A program made the position numbers and the translations under genes. The notes beneath the pieces are model-generated. The model worked only from the letters and a program-made list of their open reading frames with translations. It did no database searches and was not told where the DNA came from. This document shows positions 9,811 to 19,229 of a DNA stretch of 55,537 bases, piece after piece. Position 1 is the stretch's first letter, and each line of letters opens with the position of its first letter. Source of the DNA: an uncultured Planctomycetia bacterium (lineage in GTDB: Bacteria; Omnitrophota; Gorgyraeia; JABMRG01); the NCBI GenBank assembly GCA_964634945.1, contig CAZWMG010000012.1, positions 1 through 55,537 of the forward strand. The letters run 5' to 3'.

Positions 9811-9831
9811 TTTTCAGCCGAAGGCTGAAAA
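9811..9831. repeat. 21-bp hairpin TTTTCAGCC-GAA-GGCTGAAAA (mini-palindrome or possible terminator)
   Basis: Perfect 9-bp stem with a 3-nt loop, flanked by T/A runs. Confidence 0.6.
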
Positions 9832-9943
9832 ATGTTATAAGATTTTAGTTTTTATAATTTTTTAACTTTTGTGACCGTATTCCTTTTTACTCTTTACTTG
9901 CACCTTATGCCCTGTGCCTTTTTCTTTGCCTCTGCCTCTACCC

Positions 9944-11035
9944 TTATCTAAGCTTTAAGGTCATAAGTGTAAAGAGTGCTAATATGGCAGCTACTATCCA
10001 AAAACGAACAACTATTTTTGACTCGGGCCACCCCTTCATCTCTAAATGGTGATGAAATGGTGCGCACAAAAATACCCTTTGGCGCCTTATTTTAAAAATA
10101 ACAACCTGCAATATCACAGATATGGCTTCAAAGACAAATATCCCACCTACTATAAGAAGTAACATCTCTTTCTTTATGCAGCAAGCGACAACGCCTATCC
10201 CGCCACCCAAAGCGAGAGATCCTACATCACCCATAAATACATTAGCGGGATATGAATTAAACCAGAGAAAACCTAAACCTGCTCCTACGATCGCGGCGCA
10301 ATATATAGCGAGTTCGCCGGTACCTGGAATATAATTTATAAACAAGTAACTTGAAAGTTGGCTGTTTCCTACAACGTAACTTATTATTGTGTAAGCTAAG
10401 GCGACCATTACCATGCATCCTATAGCCAAACCGTCAAGCCCATCTGTCAAATTTACCGCGTTAGATGTACCTACGACAACAAATGTAACAAAGAATATGT
10501 AAAGTATACCGGCATTACAGGTTAAGTTTTTGAAGAAAGGAAAATATATACTGCTCCCAACATTGGAGTCAAAGAAAAGTATGATACCTATTATAAGGCC
10601 TAGGGTGATTTGTCCGAAAAATTTAGTTTTTTTGCTAAGCCCGTTACTTTTTTTCGCGACAAGTTTTATGTAATCATCTATAAAGCCTACCGCACCAAGC
10701 CATATAGTAGCGAATATTGTTATAAGTATATAATGATTATCCAAGCGCGCCCATAGAATGGTGGCGAATAATATAGATCCTAGCATGATCAGCCCCCCCA
10801 TTGTGGGGGTACCTTCTTTATCCTTGTGGTTAGAATATATGCCCGGAACCTCTTCTCTGGAACGTACCCGCTCACCAATATTAAACCTCTTAAGCAATTT
10901 TATAATATACGGCCCAAAAATAATACTTACCAAAAATGCGGTGATAATCGCCCCTACCGCCCTGAATGTTATGTAGCGGAATACATTAAATCCGGAGAAT
11001 ATCTCTTTTAGTGAATAGAACAGGTGGTAAAGCAA
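9944..11035 (-). CDS. mraY: phospho-N-acetylmuramoyl-pentapeptide transferase
   Basis: Motifs KEGTPTMGG, GFIDDY, NAVNLTDGLDGL, FMGDVGS and APFHHHLE. Confidence 0.97.
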   Translation of the reverse strand: MLYHLFYSLKEIFSGFNVFRYITFRAVGAIITAFLVSIIFGPYIIKLLKRFNIGERVRSREEVPGIYSNHKDKEGTPTMGGLIMLGSILFATILWARLDNHYILITIFATIWLGAVGFIDDYIKLVAKKSNGLSKKTKFFGQITLGLIIGIILFFDSNVGSSIYFPFFKNLTCNAGILYIFFVTFVVVGTSNAVNLTDGLDGLAIGCMVMVALAYTIISYVVGNSQLSSYLFINYIPGTGELAIYCAAIVGAGLGFLWFNSYPANVFMGDVGSLALGGGIGVVACCIKKEMLLLIVGGIFVFEAISVILQVVIFKIRRQRVFLCAPFHHHLEMKGWPESKIVVRFWIVAAILALFTLMTLKLR

Positions 11036-11062
11036 AACTATTACTCCTTGGTTTATTACTTA

Positions 11063-11130
11063 GTTATTGCGTTATTGGGTTATTGAGGTATTGAGTTTTG
11101 AAAGTTTCCAAACGCCATAACGCATAACGC
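11063..11130. repeat. 8-mer-array palindromic repeat, copy 1 (murF-mraY junction)
   Basis: Units gttattgc/gttattgg/gttattga followed by cataacg units. The core 11095-11123 matches 44731-44759 at 27/29 nt. Confidence 0.75.
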
Positions 11131-12489
11131 CTACACGCATACGTGCGCTGATAACTTCTCGGCTATCTCCTCCATTTTCATAGACCTAGAGCCTTTTATC
11201 AGGACTACGTCATCCTTGTCAATTATATTTCTTAGAAAAGTGGGTATACCTACCTTATCTGTGAATACTTTTACCCTATTTTTATTCATACCGCTATCGA
11301 TCGCGCCCTTAGCGATAAACCGGGCCTTATCCCCCACTACAATAAGAATGTCTGATGCATCTATTCTGGCAAGCAATATTCCGCAATCATAGTGAAATTT
11401 ATCTGAATTTTCACCAAGCTCTAACATGTCCGCGCAACATACTATCTTTTTTCCCTTAGTCTTATATCTCTTAAGCGCGTCAATCGCATATTCAAATGAT
11501 ATAGGGTTGGCGTTATAAGCGTCGTTTATTATGATAAAATCAGCGCAATTAAGGACTTCCATTCTCATAGAAGCGCTCTTAAAATTCTCAAGCGCATCTT
11601 GCGTTTTATTATCAGTGAAAAGTGACGCTGTCGCAATCGCAGCTAACGCATTATATACATTATGTCTGCCCAAAAGCGGTAATTTGATCAAATCGCCATT
11701 AAGAAAAAATTCCATGCCTTGCGCGGTTTGTTTTACATTTTCTGCCTTGAAATCAGCTTTTTCGTTTCTGATACCAAAATTTACAGTCTTTATGTGATTG
11801 TAGTTCTTTTTAAGAAGCATTTCATCATCACAGTTGCGTACCCAGACACCACATTTATCAAGAGACTCTACCATAGCGATCTTTTCTCTAAGAACTCCTT
11901 CTTTGGTGCTAAGCCCTTTAAGATGCGCAAAGCCTATATTCGTCGTTATAACAACGGTAGGCCCAAGGATATCGCTGTTATACTCTATTTCACCGGGGGT
12001 GCTAGTTCCAACTTCTATTACAGCTATCTTCTCATCCTTTAATCTTAATAGAGCTTTTGCTACGCCAATCTTATTATTAAGATTACCTTGAGTTTTTAGT
12101 ACGGCCAACTCTCTACCCAGTATATGACTAAGCATATCCTTTGTTGTTGTCTTGCCGTTTGACCCTACAATACCTATGACCGGAATGTGAAACTTTCCCC
12201 TGTGCGCCTTAGCGAGATCACTTAAGGCCCTTAGTGCGTCCTTTACCTTTATTACGGGAATACGAGCTGAAACACTATCACCTTTTTGCGCTATTATCGC
12301 ACAAGCCCCTTTTTTAACAGCTTCATCGACAAACTCTGTCCCATTGTAACTTTCACCTTTTAATACTAGAAAAAGATCGTTCTTATTTATACAACGTGAA
12401 TCAGTAGATATAGACCTTATCCGCGTATTATAACTACAATCAACACCTTCGGCACCGGTCACTCTGATTATATCATTTATTGTAAACAC
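11131..12489 (-). CDS. murF: UDP-MurNAc-tripeptide--D-Ala-D-Ala ligase
   Basis: Motifs STDSR, GSNGKTTTK, NDAYNANP, DMLELG and KGSR. Confidence 0.96.
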   Translation of the reverse strand: MFTINDIIRVTGAEGVDCSYNTRIRSISTDSRCINKNDLFLVLKGESYNGTEFVDEAVKKGACAIIAQKGDSVSARIPVIKVKDALRALSDLAKAHRGKFHIPVIGIVGSNGKTTTKDMLSHILGRELAVLKTQGNLNNKIGVAKALLRLKDEKIAVIEVGTSTPGEIEYNSDILGPTVVITTNIGFAHLKGLSTKEGVLREKIAMVESLDKCGVWVRNCDDEMLLKKNYNHIKTVNFGIRNEKADFKAENVKQTAQGMEFFLNGDLIKLPLLGRHNVYNALAAIATASLFTDNKTQDALENFKSASMRMEVLNCADFIIINDAYNANPISFEYAIDALKRYKTKGKKIVCCADMLELGENSDKFHYDCGILLARIDASDILIVVGDKARFIAKGAIDSGMNKNRVKVFTDKVGIPTFLRNIIDKDDVVLIKGSRSMKMEEIAEKLSAHVCV

Positions 12490-13966
12490 TTATGCCCTCT
12501 TGCGCAACATTATCTTGCTGTAATATCTCTTCCGCGATTTTCCTATCATCAAAGGGAATCGTTGTATCCTTAAATATCTGGTAACCCTCATGGCCTTTAC
12601 CGGCTATCAATAATATATCTTCTTTTCCCGCGATAGATATCGCGTATTCTATGGCCTTCTTACGATCAACGCAGACTTTATAATCCTTAAAACCTTCCGG
12701 TATGCCCGCTACTACCTGATTTATGATCTCTTCGGGATCCTCTCCGCGAGGGTTATCGCTTGTTATGACAACGTAATCCGCTAGTTCTGCGGCAACCTTC
12801 GCCATCCTTGGACGCTTTTCTCTGTCCCTATTACCCCCGCATCCAAAGGCCACAATAAGCTTGCCTTCAACAATTCCATTAAGCGCGCTCAATACATTAG
12901 AAAGCGCGTCATCAGTATGCGCGTAATCAATAAAAACGGAAAACCCCGCATCGGCTCCTCCGATTCTCTGAAGCCTGCCCGGAGCTCCTCTGAAGCCTCT
13001 TATCGCATCCTCTATATAGGAGGGTTGCAAACCGGTAGAATAAGCAAAAGAGATAGCGGCAAGTATATTATATATGTTATACTCACCAATAAGCGATGTC
13101 TCGATATCCAGGACCTGGTTAGGTGTTTTTACTTTAAAAGACGCTCCGTTTATTGACATCTTTATGTCAAACGCTCTTATCTCTGATGTACTTTTAATGC
13201 CGTATGTCAACGACTGACCTTGATATGTTTTAATAAGAACTCTGCCATAGTCATCATCACTGTTTATTATCGCTACCGCGTCTTTTTTTAACATGCCAAA
13301 GAGCCTTGCTTTAGCGGCAAAATATTCTTCTATGCTCTTATGATAATCAAGGTGTTCACTTGATAAATTCGTAAAAATAGCTTTGTTGAATTCAATAGCA
13401 TCGACACGGTTCTGATCAAGCGCGTGACTTGAAACCTCCATAATGCAGCTGGTGATACCAGATGCCTCCATTTCACGCAGAAACACCTGAAGCATAATAG
13501 GTGAAGGTGTTGTATTTACGGCAGGTATAAGCCTATCTCCGATTCGATAATTAATAGTACCTATAACGCCGCAATCACGGCCCGAATAACGCATAATAGC
13601 GGCGATTAAATAGAGCGTGGTTGTCTTTCCATTTGTCCCTGTAATACCTGTAGTCTCTACTCGTTGTGATGGGTGCGAATAAAAATTACCCGCTATTAAC
13701 GCGCATGCTTTTCGGATATCCCGGACAATCACCTTTGTAACATTCTTATATGTTATAAAATCCTTCTCAGAGACTACAACAACCGCTCCGCGTTCTATCG
13801 CTTCATCTATAAACTCATAACCATTGCTTTCTTTTCCGGTTATAGCGAAGAAGAGACCGCAAGATTTTAACTGCTTGGAGTTATAGGATATATTCTCAAT
13901 ATCAATATGCCTCTCTCCTCTGATTGAAGTTGGGTTCACCCCTTTAAGTAGGTTATTAAGCTTCAC
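12473..13966 (-). CDS. murE: UDP-MurNAc-dipeptide--meso-DAP ligase
   Basis: Motifs GTNGKTT, MEVSSH, DYAHT, GCGGNRD and DNPR (meso-DAP specificity). Likely start is GTG 13966 after SD AGGAG; the ORF track starts at 13990. Confidence 0.96.
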   Translation of the reverse strand: MKLNNLLKGVNPTSIRGERHIDIENISYNSKQLKSCGLFFAITGKESNGYEFIDEAIERGAVVVVSEKDFITYKNVTKVIVRDIRKACALIAGNFYSHPSQRVETTGITGTNGKTTTLYLIAAIMRYSGRDCGVIGTINYRIGDRLIPAVNTTPSPIMLQVFLREMEASGITSCIMEVSSHALDQNRVDAIEFNKAIFTNLSSEHLDYHKSIEEYFAAKARLFGMLKKDAVAIINSDDDYGRVLIKTYQGQSLTYGIKSTSEIRAFDIKMSINGASFKVKTPNQVLDIETSLIGEYNIYNILAAISFAYSTGLQPSYIEDAIRGFRGAPGRLQRIGGADAGFSVFIDYAHTDDALSNVLSALNGIVEGKLIVAFGCGGNRDREKRPRMAKVAAELADYVVITSDNPRGEDPEEIINQVVAGIPEGFKDYKVCVDRKKAIEYAISIAGKEDILLIAGKGHEGYQIFKDTTIPFDDRKIAEEILQQDNVAQEGISVYNK

Positions 13967-15650
13967 TGCCTCTCTCCTGTTCAATATCAAGATACCTCAA
14001 TGTAGCGTCACATATATCCTTAAATACAGGGCCTGATACCGTACCGCCATAATAGCCATTGCGCGGGGTATCTACCATTACGCATACAGTTATAACAGGC
14101 TTTTCTACCGGCGCAAATCCGACAAAGGACGCTATGTAATCCCTGCGAGAATATCTGCCTGAGAGATCGATCTTCTGCGCTGTGCCTGTCTTGCCTCCAG
14201 CTTTAAACTTATTAAGTTTGGCCCTTCCACCTGTACCGCTCTCTATTACACCTCTCATTATCTCTCTTAATTGCCTCGATGTCTCTTTAGATGTAACGCG
14301 CCGTACAATTGAAGGTGCATATTTTTTTATAGTCTCACCCTTAGAATCTATTATCCTATCCACAATACGTGGCTTTACAAGTTCTCCTCCATTGGCAATA
14401 GCGGATAAACTTGTTATAAGCTGTAAAGGTGTGACACCAACCTCCTGGCCCATAGGGATTGATGTAATTGAATACTTGCTCCACTTGTTAAGAGGCCTGA
14501 CCATACCGCTTATCTCTCCCGGTAATCCAATCCCCGTGGGGATACCAAAACCATATGCCTTTATGTATCTATAGAAATCTTTTTCTCCAAGACGCATGGT
14601 TGCCTTGACAGTACCTATATTGGATGATTTTTCAATGATTTCTCTAAATGTCATGTCGCCATGGCCATGGGTATCATGAAGTGTGTGGCCAGCAACATAC
14701 CAGGCACCGTTCTCACAAAAAAAATTATCTTCAATAGAGACCTTTCCCGTATCAAGGCATGCGGATGCCGCGATGAGCTTAAATACAGATCCAGGCTCAT
14801 AGTAATCTGATATCGCGCGGTTTCTCTTAGAATCAGCTGGAGCGGAACTAAAGTTATTGAGATCAAATGATGGAAGTACCGCTAAAGCCAGGATGTCCCC
14901 TTTATATGGATCCATCACTAAGGCAACAGCTGCTTTTGCTTTATGTTTCTTATAAGCTTTTTGCAGGGCTTTTTCAGTTATATGCTGTATAACCTCATCT
15001 ATGGTAAGAACCACGCTGTAACCATCAACAGGGGGTATATACGCACCCTCAAAGGCATGCACCTCTCGGCCCTTAGCATCCCTTGCGATAGTCTTATAGC
15101 CTTTCTTGCCATACATATACGTGTCATAAAAAGCTTCAACGCCTTCTAAACCCGTATTATCGGTACCGGCAAAACCTAAAACCTGTGAAGCAAGGCTCGC
15201 TCCGGGATAGAAACGTTTTGTCTCATCAATAAGATAGATACCTTTTAGGTTTAGCTCTTCAACCCTTTTAGCGTATTCAGGTGGAAGTTTTCGTGCCAAC
15301 CATACAAAAAGCTTATCTCGGCTTAGTCTTTCATAAAGAAACGACTCATCCTTGCCAAGAATCGGCGCGAGCAATTTTGCGCTAACACCTTTCTCCTTAA
15401 CGTCTCTTGCGACAGCATAAACAGAATCTACTTTTAGATTAAGAGCGAGCTTACGCATATTCCTGTCTAATATAGCGCCTCGCATAGGTTCAAGTTCTAT
15501 ACGGACAGAATGCTGTGCTTGAGCTATATTTACTGCCCTTTTATGGAAACCAAGGTGTATATACGCTATACGAAACGTTATAAGAGTAAGTAACAATATA
15601 AAAATAAGTGTTACTAAACCTATTCGGAATTTGTATCGTCTTATATGCAA
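13956..15650 (-). CDS. ftsI: class B penicillin-binding protein FtsI/PBP3
   Basis: RGAILDRN, catalytic SVFK (SxxK), SSN and KTGTAQ; dcw position. Confidence 0.93.
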   Translation of the reverse strand: MHIRRYKFRIGLVTLIFILLLTLITFRIAYIHLGFHKRAVNIAQAQHSVRIELEPMRGAILDRNMRKLALNLKVDSVYAVARDVKEKGVSAKLLAPILGKDESFLYERLSRDKLFVWLARKLPPEYAKRVEELNLKGIYLIDETKRFYPGASLASQVLGFAGTDNTGLEGVEAFYDTYMYGKKGYKTIARDAKGREVHAFEGAYIPPVDGYSVVLTIDEVIQHITEKALQKAYKKHKAKAAVALVMDPYKGDILALAVLPSFDLNNFSSAPADSKRNRAISDYYEPGSVFKLIAASACLDTGKVSIEDNFFCENGAWYVAGHTLHDTHGHGDMTFREIIEKSSNIGTVKATMRLGEKDFYRYIKAYGFGIPTGIGLPGEISGMVRPLNKWSKYSITSIPMGQEVGVTPLQLITSLSAIANGGELVKPRIVDRIIDSKGETIKKYAPSIVRRVTSKETSRQLREIMRGVIESGTGGRAKLNKFKAGGKTGTAQKIDLSGRYSRRDYIASFVGFAPVEKPVITVCVMVDTPRNGYYGGTVSGPVFKDICDATLRYLDIEQERGSEA

Positions 15651-15684
15651 TTTAGGGACTCTTTTAAAAAAATGGAGGAATTGC

Positions 15685-16059
15685 TTACTTCAGTTCTTCT
15701 GCTACAGCTTCAGTGCTCAGCGAAAACATGCCAAGCATAATCTTGCCGACACGCGCCAGTGGAGTTGGCGCAACGATCGCAACGTCACGAATAGCAGGCT
15801 CCTTTATCTTGACGCTATAGCAATCAAGCGGCATATAAGCCTGTGTCTCTGTCTTAGCTGTCATCGCTTTTTCTAGCCGGGCAGGCGATTCTAATCTTGA
15901 TACATTATATCTTAAAGTGCGATTGCGGTCAATCAATAAAGAGAGGTTCTTTTTAGAAGCATTTATAGAATAGCTATATTCTAGTAGCCTTGCGTTCTGG
16001 TAGACATAGATGCCGGAGAATAATGTTACTACCACAATAGCTATTAGAGTTTTTTTCAT
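15685..16059 (-). CDS. ftsL: probable cell division protein FtsL
   Basis: N-terminal TM followed by a heptad coiled coil (...NRTLRYNVSRLESPARLE); lies between rsmH and ftsI. Confidence 0.7.
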   Translation of the reverse strand: MKKTLIAIVVVTLFSGIYVYQNARLLEYSYSINASKKNLSLLIDRNRTLRYNVSRLESPARLEKAMTAKTETQAYMPLDCYSVKIKEPAIRDVAIVAPTPLARVGKIMLGMFSLSTEAVAEELK

Positions 16060-16060
16060 A

Positions 16061-16939
16061 TTAAATTTTCTCCACTACCCTCAGCTTTGAACTGCGAGAA
16101 CGCGGATTATCAGCTATCTCAGTTTCCCTTGGCCGTATCGGCTTTTTCGTCATAAGCCTTAGTAGGTTATCTCTAGCCATAGACTTAAAGGTATGTTTTA
16201 CTATCCTGTCTTCAAGAGAATGGAATGATATTACTGCCATCCTCCCACCACTATTTAGAAACCTAGGGGCCTTTAAAAGCGCTTCTTTTAAGGCATTCAA
16301 TTCATCATTTATGAATATTCTAAATGCCTGAAAGGTTCTTGTCGCGGGATCAATTCTTGAACCGGGCCTATATTTCGCAGCATCCTGTATTATCCCAGCG
16401 AACCTCGATGTATCCTTTATAGGAGAGATCCTGTATTCAGCTACTATTGCTTTTGCTATTCTGCGCCAGTATCTCTCTTCTCCTAAATCCCTTATTATGG
16501 CACCTATATCAGCTTCGTTCATCCTTCTTAAGACCTGCCAAAGAGGCTGCCCTTTTTCCTTATTCATACGCATATCTAAAGGGCCTTTTTTCAAAAAACT
16601 AAAACCTCTTGCTGCCTCATCCAGCTGAAACGAGGATGTGCCAAGGTCAAAGAGCATCGCATCTACACTTACTATACCTAACTTAGCTAATACCTTATCA
16701 AAGTCTTTGTAATTTTCGTTTACCAGACTGAAAGCTTTTTTGTAGTCACTCAAAACTTGTTTCGCGTTCTCAAGCGCTAATTTATCAGCGTCTATTCCAA
16801 TGAGCTTGCCACCAGGGGTAATTATATCTAATATTTTTATCGCGTGGCCCGCGCCGCCAATCGTAGCATCCAATACAATATGCTTTTTCTTGCAACATAA
16901 ATACTCAAGAGTCTCGTTAAGCAATACGCTTTTGTGCAC
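16061..16939 (-). CDS. rsmH: 16S rRNA m4C1402 methyltransferase
   Basis: Motifs HKSVLL, DATIGGAGH, DLGTSSFQLD, PLDMRM, ISFHSLEDR and NPRSRS. Confidence 0.97.
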   Translation of the reverse strand: MHKSVLLNETLEYLCCKKKHIVLDATIGGAGHAIKILDIITPGGKLIGIDADKLALENAKQVLSDYKKAFSLVNENYKDFDKVLAKLGIVSVDAMLFDLGTSSFQLDEAARGFSFLKKGPLDMRMNKEKGQPLWQVLRRMNEADIGAIIRDLGEERYWRRIAKAIVAEYRISPIKDTSRFAGIIQDAAKYRPGSRIDPATRTFQAFRIFINDELNALKEALLKAPRFLNSGGRMAVISFHSLEDRIVKHTFKSMARDNLLRLMTKKPIRPRETEIADNPRSRSSKLRVVEKI

Positions 16940-16964
16940 CTAGAAGCCTCTCTTTGAGTAATGC

Positions 16965-17123
16965 CTACCTGTGATTACTTGAAGCCCTCTCAAGGCGAGG
17001 GTTTATGCCTACCAAACGTGAGTTACCATTTATAGCGCGTAGCTTTTTAAGCCGCTCTATTAGGACATAACTCTCTTCAAGGAGCTTCTTCTTTCTGGTT
17101 GTTGCGTCGGCGTTTAATAACAT
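16965..17123 (-). CDS. hypothetical 52-aa basic small protein between mraZ and rsmH
   Basis: ATG 17123 is preceded by SD AAGGGAG at 7 nt; the ORF fills the gap neatly. Sequence MLLNADATTRKKKLLEESYVLIERLKKLRAINGNSRLVGINPRLERASSNHR. Confidence 0.5.
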   Translation of the reverse strand: MLLNADATTRKKKLLEESYVLIERLKKLRAINGNSRLVGINPRLERASSNHR

Positions 17124-17139
17124 ATCTAATCTCCCTTCC

Positions 17140-17577
17140 TTATTCACTGATAAGGTTCTCCGCAATCTCTTCATATGATTCCTTTGAACTGCTATAGAAC
17201 TCTTCCCATAGCTCTTTTGCCCAGATCTCAATTCTATTTGACACACCTATAAAGACTACTTCTTTTTTTATATCAGCGTAATTCTTGAGATACGACGAGA
17301 GAAGAATTCTACCCTGCTTATCAGCAAGTACATCCTGCGCCCCTGAGAAAAAGAGGCGATTAAATTTGCGGTGTTCTGATTTTGTGAAAGGGATGGACCT
17401 AAATTTGGATTCTTGGATCTTCCATTCTTCTTCAGTAAAGACAAAAAGGCATTTGTCAAGACCCCGTGTAATATAAAGCTTTTCCGCATAAGCCTCTTTT
17501 AAGGCCTCACGAAACTTTGAAGGAATAATGAGCCGTCCTTTGCGGTCCAGACTATGTGCGAACTCTCCGTAAAACAT
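17140..17577 (-). CDS. mraZ: dcw transcriptional regulator MraZ
   Basis: MFYGEF start, two DxxGR motifs (DRKGR, DKQGR) and IEIW. Likely start is ATG 17577. Confidence 0.96.
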   Translation of the reverse strand: MFYGEFAHSLDRKGRLIIPSKFREALKEAYAEKLYITRGLDKCLFVFTEEEWKIQESKFRSIPFTKSEHRKFNRLFFSGAQDVLADKQGRILLSSYLKNYADIKKEVVFIGVSNRIEIWAKELWEEFYSSSKESYEEIAENLISE

Positions 17578-17678
17578 CTTCCTAGCCTCTCTCCCCACCG
17601 AGAAGGGCTTACCTGTATAAACCTAAAACTTGCTTTTTCTCAATTCCCTATCGCCCACCGAGAAGGAATTGCCTTACT

Positions 17679-17705
17679 CCACTTTACTCTACTTTCAACC
17701 ACTTT
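17679..17705 (-). promoter_or_regulatory. MraZ-binding repeats (three AAAGT(G/A)G boxes, 10-bp period)
   Basis: Minus strand AAAGTGG-TTG-AAAGTAG-AGT-AAAGTGG immediately downstream of the promoter. GTGG-type boxes at 10-bp spacing are the known MraZ operator layout. Confidence 0.8.
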
Positions 17706-17711
17706 GGTACA

Positions 17712-17740
17712 AATATACATCATAATTCCACTATTGTCAA
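17712..17740 (-). promoter_or_regulatory. sigma70-type promoter of the dcw operon
   Basis: TTGACA-17 nt-TATATT. Confidence 0.75.
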
Positions 17741-17897
17741 GTGGTTATTTTTTATTTTTTAACATGTGTTTAAAAAGTTTTTGATAGGGAGTTAAAATAT
17801 ACCAAATAGTGGGGTTGCAATATATAAGGACTACTACATATGGGAAAAGATTGATAGGGGAATTATTTTAAGGAAAATGAAACCGTTGGATGTGTTG

Positions 17898-18401
17898 TTA
17901 CTTAGCCCAGATACCTTTGCCTTGCTGCCTGGCCCTGCGCTGGAGTTTTAGAAACTCATCTGCATATTTTTCATTAGGTGGGATAACAAGTATCTTTGCA
18001 TAACCTTCTTCGACCATCTTTTTGTTTATAAATATGTCATCAACATATACATATGCCAGTAGTCTTTTATACTTATCTCTTCTTTGAGCGTCAAACTCAA
18101 GGCGCACCATCTTTCCATTAACCAGTTTTTCATTAAAAGCCTTTGCCTGCTTGGCAAAATATTGCGCGGGGGGATTTCTGTAATTCATCTCCGGGGTATC
18201 TATACCCAAGTACCGTACCTTCTCACCGTTTGCAAGTCTTACTGTATCTCCATCAAAAACACGAGTAACCTTAAAAAGATGGCTACTACGGTTCTGCTGC
18301 AAACAACCGGATACTAAAATTACTAATTGGGATAAAAAGAATAGAAAGATAAGGTGTCGCACAAAATATTGAAAACGAAAATTCGGTATCTTATTGATCA
18401 T
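17898..18401 (-). CDS. thermonuclease (SNase-like), probable lipoprotein
   Basis: Motifs VFDGDT, VRYLGIDTPE, DKYKRLLAYV and GIW; lipobox-like LVSGC. Confidence 0.88.
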   Translation of the reverse strand: MINKIPNFRFQYFVRHLIFLFFLSQLVILVSGCLQQNRSSHLFKVTRVFDGDTVRLANGEKVRYLGIDTPEMNYRNPPAQYFAKQAKAFNEKLVNGKMVRLEFDAQRRDKYKRLLAYVYVDDIFINKKMVEEGYAKILVIPPNEKYADEFLKLQRRARQQGKGIWAK

Positions 18402-18414
18402 AAAACTTCCAAAA

Positions 18415-19221
18415 TTAGTATGGTATTATATAGCTCTCTTCTTCTACTGTATTCATATAATCATCAAAAGTTATCTGCCCTGTTATCTCCTTATTTACCT
18501 GTGCCTTTCTGGCGGAAAGATAGGGGTGAGTAAACCAATAACGTTTTGGCCCTGTCTTTCCCTCCATCTGCCACTGCAGCAGCTTATCGAGCGCGTTAAG
18601 CATGCCTTCAGGGTCATAGCCTGCCTTCTTAAGATATTTTACTGCCAGGGCATCCGCCTCAAACTCATGCTCCCTGCTATTTGCGAGCATAAGCTGGCCA
18701 AAGGCCTCACCCGCCTTACGACGCGTATAAGAATCCTTCGCGCCCCTTATAACAAGTATCTGCATAATCTGATAGCCGAGGCCCGCCTGAAGCCTTTTTA
18801 TGCTATGTCTTGCGCAAACATGCCCCACCTCGTGCGCCAAAATAGCGGCAAGTTCATCATCATCCAACTTTTCAAGGAGTGCCTTAAATATATATATATA
18901 ACCACCGGGAAGAGCGAAGGCATTCTCAACATCGTCTTTATCAATAACCTTGAACGTAAATATAAGCTCTTTCCTGTCGCATACATCCGCTATCCTCTTA
19001 CCAAACTCCGCTACCTTCTCCTGATTGAGATAGTTCTCATCAAGATCAAACTTCTCCTCGACCTGCTCAGCTATAGAGCGGCCCATGTTTATCTCCTTCT
19101 CCTTGGAAATAAAAAGGTTCTCCTCCTGGCCTGTAGCAAGATTATATTCGGAATAAGCGGAATTTGTAATAAAAATGGAAGATAAGATGGATAGACCAAC
19201 AAATAACTTGCTTGCACTCAT
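18415..19221 (-). CDS. M48-family zinc metallopeptidase, exported
   Basis: Motifs NAFALPGG, HEVGH, SREHEFEAD and THP; N-terminal signal peptide. Confidence 0.9.
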   Translation of the reverse strand: MSASKLFVGLSILSSIFITNSAYSEYNLATGQEENLFISKEKEINMGRSIAEQVEEKFDLDENYLNQEKVAEFGKRIADVCDRKELIFTFKVIDKDDVENAFALPGGYIYIFKALLEKLDDDELAAILAHEVGHVCARHSIKRLQAGLGYQIMQILVIRGAKDSYTRRKAGEAFGQLMLANSREHEFEADALAVKYLKKAGYDPEGMLNALDKLLQWQMEGKTGPKRYWFTHPYLSARKAQVNKEITGQITFDDYMNTVEEESYIIPY

Positions 19222-19229
19222 TGATGAAC

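Noticed and set aside
17124-17246. Upstream part of the 93-aa ORF 16965..17246
   Set aside because: Overlaps mraZ out of frame; only the portion from ATG 17123 has an SD.
18394-19185. 263-aa plus-strand ORF
   Set aside because: Entirely antisense to the M48 peptidase, with no recognisable motif; a shadow ORF.
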